The notes below the pieces were generated by a model. It saw only the letters and a list, made by a program, of their open reading frames with translations. It was not told the origin of the DNA and did not search any database. Shown one piece after another: positions 30,968 through 41,169 of a stretch of DNA of 64,000 nt. Position 1 is the stretch's first letter, and every line of letters begins with the position of its first letter. Both the position numbers and the translations under genes were made by a program. The DNA comes from an uncultured Acidobacteriota bacterium (GTDB taxonomy: Bacteria; Acidobacteriota; UBA6911). The stretch is taken from positions 170,732 through 234,731 of the forward strand of contig CAWEJX010000015.1 of the NCBI GenBank assembly GCA_963809485.1, written 5' to 3'.

Positions 30968-32212
30968 CTAGTTAACTAAAACTGGAATCCTAGCTAGAAT
31001 TCCGTAATTTTGCCCTCCTGTAACGCCCACAGGAACGTGGGGAGAGCAATCGGGCATAATATACAAGGACTTGTGCGCAAAACCGACGGGGGAGCCATCA
31101 AAATTCTGTATGTTGAAATAGGAAACAAAAGAAGCCCAGCACTCTGAGTCAGAATCACTTGGAGGGCAGGTCCAATCGCCCATTTTCCTTGGTACAGGGC
31201 CTGCGCCGCCCCACTCTGTTATCCACAGGATATTTAGTTCGACGGCACCAACAAGCGTAGAGCAAGGCCCTATGCTGCCTCCAGGGCAGTCGATTACCGG
31301 CAGCATAAGCGGCCACGGCTGGTCAGGTATACCATCAGTATTGGTGTCCAAGGATAAATTATTGAGCCAGCAATCACGTAGCGGTTTGTAAACACTATTA
31401 ACTTGGCCGTTGGTTGTTCCCATGGATTCACCAAGCGTAAGCTCATACATATTTGCCCCAGACCCTGTACAAACGAGGGGGCTTATTGAAGAAGCGCTTG
31501 CTGTTTGGCAAGGCTGGGTTAAATTGGTCCACGCTGCAGAATCTATGGTAGCAGGCATCATTCGACCCGTAGAACAATTGAACCTATTGCCGGCGTCTAA
31601 AATGGCCTGTTTGCAAATGGCGATGGGTTGGGAAACTTCCAGCGGCTCAAGTTTTCCCGCAAATCCGATATATGCTACAGCCTCAGCCGAAACATTAAAT
31701 CCCGTCCAGCCCATGATTCTGGCGAAAAAGGACTCCGCCTGGGTACCTTGCCTTCTCGCTGTAACTTTGACTGCATTGATAAAATTAGGATTTGCATCTA
31801 GTTCCGCTGACGTTACATTCCAGAGATCCACCACATTGGTTGATGAATTTGCCGTGAAAGTCCTGGTGGCAAAACTCCAGTGCCCCCTCTGGACATCATC
31901 TGAGTTCGTATATGGGTTCAGGACTTCCACGCTGACCTTCTCGCTTTTGTTGGCTATTGCGGCATTATAGGCATAATCATTGGCGCTAACGTTAATTGCC
32001 GTTCCGTCGCTGTTGTATAGCTGTCGCGCTCCCGCTAGAGCTCCAGCATCGGCAGCGTTGTGAAGCTCATTTCTAACAACATAAAGGTGCGCAATGTCCA
32101 CGGCCATAGCGGTAAATGCCACAAACACGATCGCCAATAAGGCCACCATAACAAGAGTCACACCGTCTTCATCCCGCAGCCTGATGCATTTTAGCTTTTT
32201 GAAATTGCTCAT
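30968..32212 (-). CDS. TadG-like pseudopilin/tip protein with Cys-rich C-terminus
   Basis: DG/VTLVMVAL...AMAVDIAH...LHNAADAGALAGA Tad N-terminal motif. Confidence 0.8.
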   Translation of the reverse strand: MSNFKKLKCIRLRDEDGVTLVMVALLAIVFVAFTAMAVDIAHLYVVRNELHNAADAGALAGARQLYNSDGTAINVSANDYAYNAAIANKSEKVSVEVLNPYTNSDDVQRGHWSFATRTFTANSSTNVVDLWNVTSAELDANPNFINAVKVTARRQGTQAESFFARIMGWTGFNVSAEAVAYIGFAGKLEPLEVSQPIAICKQAILDAGNRFNCSTGRMMPATIDSAAWTNLTQPCQTASASSISPLVCTGSGANMYELTLGESMGTTNGQVNSVYKPLRDCWLNNLSLDTNTDGIPDQPWPLMLPVIDCPGGSIGPCSTLVGAVELNILWITEWGGAGPVPRKMGDWTCPPSDSDSECWASFVSYFNIQNFDGSPVGFAHKSLYIMPDCSPHVPVGVTGGQNYGILARIPVLVN

Positions 32213-32213
32213 T

Positions 32214-32657
32214 TTATTCCAGCCTCATGATTGTCTGCGAACTTAGATCAATCGTATTGCCTAAACCTAAGAACCTTGGAAGCGCCAGAAATGAATGCGT
32301 ATAGGTGACTGTAACATCAATGGATCCGCTACCGCCGTTTTTGGGACTCGTTCCGGTTGTAGGTGCCGCAACCGTAGCAAATGTCGCACCCGCGAAATTT
32401 ATCAGCTTGTTTTGCAGATAGTTGTCGACCACTGTCTGTATCTCGGCCACCGTATGTGGCACAAAGTTGCCGCTGGTATCAGCCTGAAATACAATGCCGG
32501 CTCTTGCACCTTCACGGCTGGCATTTGTTATCATCGCGTGGTTGTAAAAAAGAACGCCGCAATCAATAAGGCCCAGAACTAGAATAAGTATTAATGGAAG
32601 CACGCAAGCAAGTTCTATGATGGCCTGCCCGTTGCTCGATTTTAACATTTTTGCCAT
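32214..32657 (-). CDS. TadE-like pseudopilin
   Basis: NG/QAIIELA...ASREGARAG motif. Confidence 0.85.
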   Translation of the reverse strand: MAKMLKSSNGQAIIELACVLPLILILVLGLIDCGVLFYNHAMITNASREGARAGIVFQADTSGNFVPHTVAEIQTVVDNYLQNKLINFAGATFATVAAPTTGTSPKNGGSGSIDVTVTYTHSFLALPRFLGLGNTIDLSSQTIMRLE

Positions 32658-32686
32658 GATTTTGCTCTTTCTGCTACATGGTTTCC

Positions 32687-33187
32687 CTATTCCATCCTCA
32701 TAATCGTCCTTGCGGCCAGGTTTAGCGTTCCGCCTCCAATTATTGCAAGCCTTGGCAATACCAGAAAGGTGTATGTGAATGCCACATCCACCCTGAGCCG
32801 TTCACCATTTCCGTGTGATGACGGAAGCGTCGTGGCCCACGTAGCTCCTCCATCGGTTGACCACATTGCGGTCACACCTGTTGCCGCATTAAATGGTGTG
32901 CCGAAAGTCAACAGGCCGGGCTGCAGATAATTGCTGACGACAGTTCGTATTTCAGCCTCTGTTAAAGGCGAATAATTAAAAGCGCTCGAATCCGCGCGAA
33001 ATACAGCGCCTGCCCGTGCCCCTTCCCGGCTGGCTCTGGTTATCATGGCTTTGTCATACATAATAATGCTGAATTCGACAATGCCGAGAATCAATACAAG
33101 CAATAGGGTTATTATGAAGGCAAATTCGATTAGGGTTTGTCCGCGGCTTGATTTGAATTTACTTATCATGGCTCTCTGCTCTTTCAT
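32687..33187 (-). CDS. TadE-like pseudopilin
   Basis: RG/QTLIEFA...ASREGARAG motif; alternative start at 33169. Confidence 0.85.
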   Translation of the reverse strand: MKEQRAMISKFKSSRGQTLIEFAFIITLLLVLILGIVEFSIIMYDKAMITRASREGARAGAVFRADSSAFNYSPLTEAEIRTVVSNYLQPGLLTFGTPFNAATGVTAMWSTDGGATWATTLPSSHGNGERLRVDVAFTYTFLVLPRLAIIGGGTLNLAARTIMRME

Positions 33188-34312
33188 CGCAACGCATCCT
33201 CACCATCAAATGCTCGAACAGATCCGTTGCTACATCAAAAAAGTCCCAATCAAAATCTTTATCGTGCAAATACGCAAATTTTAGTAGCATTATATAAAAT
33301 ATAGTCCAACCACACAACGGATTGAGGATTGTGTGCAACAATTCTGCGTCTCAAAAAGCTGATAATCATAAGGCTTGAACCGGATTTTGTGGCGATACAG
33401 ATTCTGGCTCGCAACAAAGCTTTTTCGCGGGAACAGCTGTCCCCCCTTTCCAATTTCCATGCCGCGATCTGCCGAAAAGCAGGCAAAATCCGCACCACAA
33501 CACCTAATCTTGCACTTAATCACGGCAAGCGCCAAATGCCATATGTAATTAAGACGATTATGATTCCCACTTTCAGGATTGACAGACACATAAAAGTGTA
33601 AAAAAGTCCGACAACTGCCAGACAACATTCCCGAAATAATTGCGGATGTTATTGGGTTAGAAAGGCTTATGGTTACAGGCAGGTTTGTAAAGAACAGCGA
33701 CACTTGTTGCAGGATTTCCGACCGGCCACCTGCCATATCGCAGCGTTGGATTTCTTCGCTGCAGCGAGCACTTCCGACCGGATGCTTGATTTTTCAAAGC
33801 CTGAAGCTGCAGTCATCGATTTCGCGGGCGGCCTTCCAGCCCTTACAAAATCCTCAAAATGCTGTTGGGGTGGAATCGGGCGGGTCTGGAGACCCTTCCT
33901 CACTGCTCTGATGATTAATGTCTAAAATCAATATTTAGAGCGTGGCGTCCCAGGAGCGCTTTCGCTCTGCGATCATGATGCTTTCGATTTGGCGCGGGAT
34001 TAAGCTGGCGAGGTTGCAGCTGGGCGGGTGGAAACGGAGGAAGAGTTTTTTATAATTGTTCAAAAAGTATTGACAATCCGATCCTTTCGATTTGGTAACG
34101 TTAGATCACCCCTGTAGTTTATCCGAATCCAGCCGGGAAACAGAAATGCGCAAAGTATGTGTAAACTACATACGCATAATGGCCGATCTGTAAGGAATAA
34201 GCAGGATAGTTATAGGTATTTTCATGCGCTGGGGATGAAAGCCTTCGAGTATCGTTGAAGCCTGGATTTCACTGAAGCAGCAGCTTTGCGCACTAATGTG
34301 GAGTTCATCGCT

Positions 34313-34819
34313 ATGTTTAGGATAAACAGCAAATCAGGTCGTTGGTCCGTTGCGGAAAAGCGATGTCATTCGGAAAAAGGTCAGGGTGTGGTCGAGCTTG
34401 CAGTAGTGCTGCCGATCCTCCTTTTATTCATCTTCGCCATCGCCGATTTCAGCATCCTGTTTTATGAGTACCAGTCCATGGAACACGGAATCAGTGAAGC
34501 CACACGCTATGGCATCACGGGACAGCAGATGCCTGATCCCGATAATCCTGGAGATTATCTCTCCCGGGAGGATTCCATGAAAAGGGTCATGCGCAACAAT
34601 AATCTCAGTATTGTCCTCGATAACAGCTCCTTTACCTTCGAACATCTGAATGGAGCAGTCTGGACTGCAGGGTCCGGAGGGCCAGGGGATGTTTTCAAGA
34701 TGACCGTGAACTACAACTGGAAGCCGATTACGCCCTTGATCAGCGTTTTCCTCACAGGCGGGCAGATGCCGCTCCGAGTATCCTCGACCGTGAAAAGTGA
34801 AGGCTATCCTACATCCTAG
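34313..34819 (+). CDS. TadE-like pseudopilin (copy 1)
   Basis: KG/QGVVELA...EATRYG; GGAG RBS before ATG 34313. Confidence 0.85.
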   Translation: MFRINSKSGRWSVAEKRCHSEKGQGVVELAVVLPILLLFIFAIADFSILFYEYQSMEHGISEATRYGITGQQMPDPDNPGDYLSREDSMKRVMRNNNLSIVLDNSSFTFEHLNGAVWTAGSGGPGDVFKMTVNYNWKPITPLISVFLTGGQMPLRVSSTVKSEGYPTS

Positions 34820-34841
34820 AAACCGGCTTGAAAGGTCTTTT

Positions 34842-35492
34842 ATGGAAGACGCGCCTTTTGAAACACCGAATAGCTCGGCAAAAACTATTTATGGGACAAA
34901 TCCGATGCCGGCATCGAAATTCCGTTCCTCGCGCGGCCAGGTGCTCCTGGAATTCGCCATTGTTTTGCCTCTGCTTCTTGTGACTGTTCTGGGAGTTATC
35001 GATGTGTCCTACTTCCTGTACGATCAGCATATCATCACCCGGTTGACACGAGAGGGCTCCAACCTCATTTCCCGAGATGTCACCATATCGGATGCGGCCA
35101 CAGCCATGACGAGCATGGTAAATCCGCCGGTTAACCTGAGCAGCGGCAACTCCAGGCTGATATTCACCGTCCTCACCAAATGCAGCAGCGGAGTCAATTA
35201 TGACTATGTGATTGTGTATCAAAGATACCAGGTCGGCAGTTTGGCAGCCTCGAGCGCCTTCACCACCCAGGGGCCGATATCCTCAGCATTCGGCCCCGCA
35301 CCGGACTACATCGCGCTAAATCCGAGCAGCAATACCAATCTCCGCGTTACAAATGTTCCTTCCAGCCTGAGCATAAGCCAAGGCCAATTTGTATATGTCA
35401 CGGAGATCTATTCCCGGCACGGCCTGATCACTCCCTTTAGCAATTTCGGAATCAGCCTGCCTTCAACCCTTTATTCCATTGCCTATTTCTGA
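34842..35492 (+). CDS. TadE/TadF-like pseudopilin (copy 1)
   Basis: RG/QVLLEFA...LTREG; start uncertain. Confidence 0.82.
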   Translation: MEDAPFETPNSSAKTIYGTNPMPASKFRSSRGQVLLEFAIVLPLLLVTVLGVIDVSYFLYDQHIITRLTREGSNLISRDVTISDAATAMTSMVNPPVNLSSGNSRLIFTVLTKCSSGVNYDYVIVYQRYQVGSLAASSAFTTQGPISSAFGPAPDYIALNPSSNTNLRVTNVPSSLSISQGQFVYVTEIYSRHGLITPFSNFGISLPSTLYSIAYF

Positions 35493-35505
35493 TCCAGGAG
35501 GAGAA

Positions 35506-36999
35506 ATGCAGATTTCGACCCGCAAATCACGAGCCCGTGCCGGTGAAGAAGGAGCAGCCCTCATCCTGGTGACCGCTTTTCTGATCGTTTTGCTGTTGTT
35601 TACAGGTCTTGCGATCGACCTGGGCCGGGCCTATATATTGAAGGCCCAGCTGACCAAAGCCGTCGACGGAGCTGCGTTGGCGGCGGCGAGAGCGCTCAGC
35701 ACAACAACTACGCCGGAGAGGGACGAGGCTATCCGAATCTTTCGGGCCAACTTCCCAAGCGGTTATATGGGCACCAGCTCTGTCACGGATCCCACCGCCG
35801 ACCCTGATTTTTTTAACAAAACCTACGACCGGGAATCGGGCGCCAATATTATCACCGTCCGGGCTCAGGCCATGCTGCCGGTTACCTTTATGCGATTGGC
35901 AGGATTTGATCAGGTCACCGTCGGCGGCATGGGTGAAGCCAGGCGGCGATTGGTCGATCTGTCCCTGGTGATTGACACCTCCGCATCAATCGGATCCAAG
36001 TGGGGTGACGTCCGGGATGCTGCACGAACATTTATCAATTCCTTCGATTCATCGTACGACCGGATTTCCGTGACACTTTTCAGCAATGGAGCACACGTAA
36101 GTTATCAAATGCCGTCGACGCTCGGCTTTAACAAAACATCCGCAGTGAACGCTGTTCCGAGCAGCCTCCCAGGCGGCTCTACGGCGATGGTCGAGGGCCT
36201 CTATCGCGGCTGGGATGAACTGAGATCCGTGCCGTCCGGCTCTCAATCAGGTTTGAGAGTTATTGTGCTTTTTACGGATGGATGCTCAAACAATGTCCCC
36301 GGCTACTATACCTATAAAGGTACGCTAAGGAGTACAGTCACGGGCTATCGCACCTACGATTTTCCATATTACCCGCCCGATCCGGATGGCATGACGCACA
36401 ACGACCCTAATCTGGAGGGGTTGTTCTATACGGATTGCACCTCGGGTGCGCCCAATTGCGGCAGGGCATTTGGTTCCAGCATTTCCCAAACGGTTAATCC
36501 CTGGAGCAGCACTTACGTCCACCCGGATGTACCTTGGTTACCTGCGACAAGTTCCCACGCTAACCACCGAAGCTCGGGCATACCGACAACTTTCCCCTTG
36601 CAGACCAGCATGATCATTGTTGATGGGGCTCCTCAGAGCTCAGCCCGCGGGCTGAGGAATTTGTCCGCCGGCAAATACCCTGCGGATATCTGGAACACCA
36701 ACAATGCGGCCAGAAACTTGCTGGAGATTATTGCATACACGGCGCGCAGCGAATACCCAACGGTCGGCGACTATCCAATCAGGATTTACACCATTGGAAT
36801 GGGCGAACTGCTCAGGTATTACTTGGGAACCCGCCCGGAACAGCCGGAAGCCATTCTAAAGCGGATTGCCAACGACAAGACTTCGCCCGATTACAATTCT
36901 GGCCAGGTCGCCGGCAAATATTACTTTGCAGAGACTTCAAGCGATGTAAATCCGGCGTTCCAGGCCCTCCGCAACGAAATTGTTCGCCTCAGCAAATAG
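35506..36999 (+). CDS. TadG-like protein with vWA domain (copy 1)
   Basis: AIDLGRA...AVDGAALAAA; MIDAS DTSAS, GGST, VLFTDG, IYTIGMG; GGAGGAG RBS. Confidence 0.85.
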   Translation: MQISTRKSRARAGEEGAALILVTAFLIVLLLFTGLAIDLGRAYILKAQLTKAVDGAALAAARALSTTTTPERDEAIRIFRANFPSGYMGTSSVTDPTADPDFFNKTYDRESGANIITVRAQAMLPVTFMRLAGFDQVTVGGMGEARRRLVDLSLVIDTSASIGSKWGDVRDAARTFINSFDSSYDRISVTLFSNGAHVSYQMPSTLGFNKTSAVNAVPSSLPGGSTAMVEGLYRGWDELRSVPSGSQSGLRVIVLFTDGCSNNVPGYYTYKGTLRSTVTGYRTYDFPYYPPDPDGMTHNDPNLEGLFYTDCTSGAPNCGRAFGSSISQTVNPWSSTYVHPDVPWLPATSSHANHRSSGIPTTFPLQTSMIIVDGAPQSSARGLRNLSAGKYPADIWNTNNAARNLLEIIAYTARSEYPTVGDYPIRIYTIGMGELLRYYLGTRPEQPEAILKRIANDKTSPDYNSGQVAGKYYFAETSSDVNPAFQALRNEIVRLSK

Positions 37000-37420
37000 C
37001 TCGACGGTAGTGCGGCCGCTCAGTCAGGCATGTTCTCAACCGAAGGCTACAGGCCCCAGGTTACAGGGTTACAGGTTACAGCATGAAAATTTGAAACTGC
37101 AACCTGTAACCAGAACGGGCATGCCCGGATGCGCGTCTCATCACGGAATCCCGTGAGAAATTCAGGCTAACAGTTGAGGCGCCAATCACCTACCGGATAA
37201 CTCGTCTTCTCCTGAATCAGCCGCAACCTGCAGAGCGGATGGTATGAGGAGACCCCCAAGATGGAAGCAGCGCTACAACGGGGCGAAATACCAGGGCGAC
37301 CTCGCTTTTCGCGGTCAATCCTGGACTCTGGGACTCAGCCCCTATGATTGTGCAGCGGTTTTGAGACAGTCTCTGGCGCCCCGTCCTCACTGGTCTGATG
37401 ATTAATGTCTAAATCAATAT

Positions 37421-37750
37421 TTAGAGCGTGGCGTCCCAGGAGCGCTTTCGCTCTACGACCATGGCGCTTTCGATTTGGCGCGGGGTTAAGCCGGCGAGGA
37501 GCTTGCCGGTTCTGGCATATCGGTACATCCCCACCGTGAAAATCCCCTTAATTGCCGTGGAGATGGCCGCAAGTATCAGTATCTAGCAGACTACAAGGAT
37601 GATTGTCCGAGCGCGATCGATGCAGAACGGCATCCACACTGACCCAAACTTCCCGGCATTTGACCTATCACGAGCTTTTTGCACTTTCCCCCTATCACAT
37701 CCAGGATGCCGATAGCCTGGTATTTTCCATTGTCTGAAGGCCGCCGTCGA
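37421..37750 (-). pseudogene. Degraded 3' fragment of the DUF6159 gene
   Basis: Aligns by eye to 42414 onward (CTTTCGCTCTACG..., GCCGCAAGTATCAG, GGATGAT); shorter fragment at 33935-34013. Confidence 0.7.
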
Positions 37751-38050
37751 AGCTGCAGCTGCGCTGGTGGAAACGGAGGAAGAGTTTTTACAATTGTTTA
37801 GAATGGATTGACAATCGGATCCTTTTGATTTGCTAACCTTGGATCACCCTTCCCGATAATCAAAACCCAGCCGAGAAACAGGAATGCGCAAAGTATGTGT
37901 AAACGCCATACGCCTGATGGCCGATCCGTAAGGAATAAGCAGGATAGTTATAGGTATTTTCATGCGCTGGGGATGAAAGCCTTCGAGTATCGTTGAAGCC
38001 TGGATTTCACCGAAGCAGCAGCTTCGCGCACTAATGTGGAGTTCATCGCT

Positions 38051-38557
38051 ATGTTTAGGATAAACAGCAAATCAAGTCGTTGGTCCGTTCCGGAAAAGCG
38101 ATGTCATTCGGAAAAAGGTCAGGGTGTGATCGAGCTTGCAGTCGTGCTGCCGATCCTCCTTTTGCTCATCTTCGCCATCGCCGATTTCAGCATCCTGTTT
38201 TATGAGTACCAGTCCATGGAACACGGAATCAGTGAAGCCACACGCTATGGCATCACGGGACAGCAGATGCCTGATCCCGATAACCCTGGAGATTATCTCT
38301 CCCGGGAGGATTCCATGAAAAGGGTCATGCGCAACAATAATCTCAGTATTGTCCTCGACAACAGCTCCTTTACCTTCGAACATCTGAATGGAACAGTCTG
38401 GACTGCGGGGTCCGGAGGGCCAGGGGATGTTTTCAAGATGACCGTGAACTACAACTGGAAGCCGATTACGCCCTTGATCAGCGTTTTCCTCACAGGCGGG
38501 CAGATGCCGCTCCGAGTGTCCTCGACGGTGAAAAGTGAAGGCTATCCTACATCCTAA
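38051..38557 (+). CDS. TadE-like pseudopilin (copy 2)
   Basis: Differs from copy 1 by only a few residues. Confidence 0.85.
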   Translation: MFRINSKSSRWSVPEKRCHSEKGQGVIELAVVLPILLLLIFAIADFSILFYEYQSMEHGISEATRYGITGQQMPDPDNPGDYLSREDSMKRVMRNNNLSIVLDNSSFTFEHLNGTVWTAGSGGPGDVFKMTVNYNWKPITPLISVFLTGGQMPLRVSSTVKSEGYPTS

Positions 38558-38579
38558 AAACCGGCTTGAAAGGTCTTTT

Positions 38580-39230
38580 ATGGAAGACGCAACTTTTGAA
38601 ACACCGAATAGCTCAGCAAAAACTATTTATAGGACAAATCCGATGCCGGCATCGAAATTCCGTTCCTCGCGCGGCCAGGTGCTCCTGGAATTCGCCATTG
38701 TTTTGCCTCTGCTTCTTGTGACTGTTCTGGGAGTTATCGATGTGTCCTACTTCCTGTACGATCAGCATATCATCACCCGGTTGACACGAGAGGGCTCCAA
38801 CCTCATTTCCCGAGATGTCACCATATCGGATGCGGCCACAGCCATGACGAGCATGGTAAATCCGCCGGTTAACCTGAGCAGCGGCAACTCCAGGCTGATA
38901 TTCACCGTCCTCACCAAATGCGGCAGCGGAGCCAATTATGACTATGTGATTGTGTATCAAAGATACCAGGTCGGCAGTTTGGCAGCCTCGAGCGCCTTCA
39001 CCACCCAGGGGCCGATATCCTCAGCATTCGGCCCCGCACCGGACTACATCGCGCTAAATCCGAGCAGCAATACCAATCTCCGCGTTACAAATGTTCCTTC
39101 CAGCCTGAGCATCAACCAGGGCCAATTTGTATATGTCACGGAGATCTATTCCCGGCACGGCCTGATCACTCCCTTTAGCAATTTCGGGATCAGTTTGCCT
39201 TCAACCCTTTATTCCATTGCCTATTTCTGA
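38580..39230 (+). CDS. TadE/TadF-like pseudopilin (copy 2)
   Basis: Differs from copy 1 by only a few residues. Confidence 0.82.
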   Translation: MEDATFETPNSSAKTIYRTNPMPASKFRSSRGQVLLEFAIVLPLLLVTVLGVIDVSYFLYDQHIITRLTREGSNLISRDVTISDAATAMTSMVNPPVNLSSGNSRLIFTVLTKCGSGANYDYVIVYQRYQVGSLAASSAFTTQGPISSAFGPAPDYIALNPSSNTNLRVTNVPSSLSINQGQFVYVTEIYSRHGLITPFSNFGISLPSTLYSIAYF

Positions 39231-39243
39231 TCCAGGAGGAGAA

Positions 39244-40740
39244 ATGCAGACCCCGACCCGCAAATCAGCAGCCTGTGCCGGTGAAGAAGGAGCAGCCCTC
39301 ATCCTGGTGACCGCTTTTCTGATCGTTTTGCTGTTGTTTACAGGTCTTGCGATCGACCTGGGCCGGGCCTATATATTGAAGGCCCAGTTGACCAAAGCTG
39401 TCGACGGAGCTGCATTGGCAGCGGCGCGGGCGCTCAGCACAACAACCACGCCGGAAAGGGACGAAGCTATCCGAATCTTTCGGGCCAACTTCCCAAGCGG
39501 TTATATGGGCACCAGCTCTGTCACGGATCCCACGGCCGACCCTGATTTTTTTAACAAAACCTACGACCGGGAATCGGGGGCCAACATTATTACCGTCCGG
39601 GCTCAGGCCATGCTGCCGGTTACCTTTATGCGATTGGCAGGCTTTGATCAGGTCACCGTCAGCAGCATGGGTGAAGCCAGGCGCCGGCTGGTCGATCTGT
39701 CCCTGGCGATTGACTGTTCCGGCTCGATTGGAAGCGACTGGAGCACTGTTCGCGACGCAGCCAGACGGTTCATAAACTCTTTTGACTCAAGCTACGATCG
39801 TATGGCGGTAACACTTTTCAGTGATGGGGCGCATGTCAACTACGCCATGCCTTCAAGTTTGGGATTTAACAAGTCATCCGCAATGAACGCAATTCCCACC
39901 AGCCTGCCTGGCGGCAGCACATCCATGGCAGATGGATTCTATCGCGCCTGGGATGAACTGAGATCCGTGCCATCCGGCTCACAATCAGGCTTGAGAGTCA
40001 TTGTGCTCTTTACGGACGGCACTCCAAACGGCGCTCCCGGAAATTATCAGTTCAGCGGAGGATCCTATTACGTCAGAGAACTGAACTCGAACGACTTTCC
40101 CTACGTTGGGAGCTCTCTTACAACCAATACTCCCTCTTTATTCGGGCTCGCGTACACGGATTGCAGCTCAGGCCCCCCTCCTCATTGTTCCTATAGTCCA
40201 TCACTCGGCTCAGGCGGCTACTGGACGTCTCCTAACTGGAACAGCACCAATACCTCCCCCCAGGTGCCTTGGTTGCCGACAGGGGCAACCAGTACGCATC
40301 CCAATCATCGCAGCACGGGCATTCCAGCTTCCTTCCCATTGATGAGCTCTTCCCTCCGAGTCAATGGAGTGGTTCAAAGCACCGCACGGGATTTGAGGAA
40401 TCTCACGGCCGGCAAATACCCGGCGGATATCCATAATGTCAATAACGCAGCCAGAAACCTGCTGGAAATTATCGCAAATGCAGCCCGTAGTGAGTATCCA
40501 ACTGCAGGAGACTATCCGATTCGTGTCTATACCATCGGAATGGGGGACTTTGTAAACTATATGCTGGGTACGATACCCGAAAGATCGTCCGATATCCTCA
40601 AGCGAATCTCCAACGACAAAACTTCGACGGACTACAATTCCGCCCAGGTCGCCGGCAAATATTATTTTGCAGCGACCGCAAGCGACGTCGACCCGGCGTT
40701 CCAGGCCCTTCGCAACGAAATTATTCGCCTTAGCAAATAG
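39244..40740 (+). CDS. TadG-like protein with vWA domain (copy 2)
   Basis: Near-identical Tad N-terminus; MIDAS DCSGS; diverged vWA domain and insert. Confidence 0.85.
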   Translation: MQTPTRKSAACAGEEGAALILVTAFLIVLLLFTGLAIDLGRAYILKAQLTKAVDGAALAAARALSTTTTPERDEAIRIFRANFPSGYMGTSSVTDPTADPDFFNKTYDRESGANIITVRAQAMLPVTFMRLAGFDQVTVSSMGEARRRLVDLSLAIDCSGSIGSDWSTVRDAARRFINSFDSSYDRMAVTLFSDGAHVNYAMPSSLGFNKSSAMNAIPTSLPGGSTSMADGFYRAWDELRSVPSGSQSGLRVIVLFTDGTPNGAPGNYQFSGGSYYVRELNSNDFPYVGSSLTTNTPSLFGLAYTDCSSGPPPHCSYSPSLGSGGYWTSPNWNSTNTSPQVPWLPTGATSTHPNHRSTGIPASFPLMSSSLRVNGVVQSTARDLRNLTAGKYPADIHNVNNAARNLLEIIANAARSEYPTAGDYPIRVYTIGMGDFVNYMLGTIPERSSDILKRISNDKTSTDYNSAQVAGKYYFAATASDVDPAFQALRNEIIRLSK

Positions 40741-40869
40741 CCCGACGCTTTGTTCAGCCGCCTGGGTCAGGCGATGCATTAGGGCATCGATGCAATTTGC
40801 AGTACTCCATCCAGAGCTTTGTGTGTTGGACCGCCAGATCTCTCGGCATTTGGCTGCAAAGGATGACAA

Positions 40870-41128
40870 CCACTACCGGCTAAAGCCGGTGGCCACTAGT
40901 TGCGACTTAAAGTCGCCTGAAAATTAAATGCCCTCGCATTCAGCACCGAAGGTGCGTTCCATACCAGCCTGGGGCAACGCCCAAGCATTGGAGTGAAGCA
41001 CGAAGGATCAAGGGCTGAAGGCCCGCTCCATAATTCATGGGCCGGGCTTTCAACCCTTCGTAGCCTGTTGTGATCAAATCCTGGGGCTTGAGACCCAGGC
41101 TTGATATCGATCGGGCCTTTCGCCCTTC
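40870..41128. repeat. IS200/IS605-end-like hairpins plus a REPIN-like palindromic element
   Basis: ACCGGCTAAAGCCGGT and GCGACTTAAAGTCGC hairpins; AGGGCTGAAGGCCCG ... CGGGCCTTTCGCCCT mirrored arms. Confidence 0.5.
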
Positions 41129-41169
41129 TGTTCAAAGCTTACAGCCTGAAAGAAAGGAAGAGACAGGAC

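Larger units (their letters stand above)
33897..36999 (+). repeat. Tandem duplication copy 1 (leader + tadE-tadE-tadG/vWA)
   Basis: Near-identical to 37384-40740 over the leader, both tadE genes and the tadG 5' end. Confidence 0.92.
37384..40740 (+). repeat. Tandem duplication copy 2
   Basis: Direct repeat of 33897-36999 with about 250 bp extra at 37500-37750. Confidence 0.92.

Noticed and set aside
34070-34101. Sigma70 promoter TTGACA...TAACGT in both cassette leaders
   Set aside because: The spacer is 20 bp, too long for a canonical -35/-10 pair; an extended -10 alone cannot be supported from sequence
34125-34290. c-di-GMP riboswitch in the conserved Tad cassette leader
   Set aside because: GAAA and GCGCAAAG fragments and a small hairpin exist, but the GEMM two-stem pattern is not matched; an Rfam/Infernal scan would settle it
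35506-40740. Diversity-generating retroelement acting on TadG
   Set aside because: No reverse transcriptase in the window, and the differences include indels and all base types rather than adenine-specific changes
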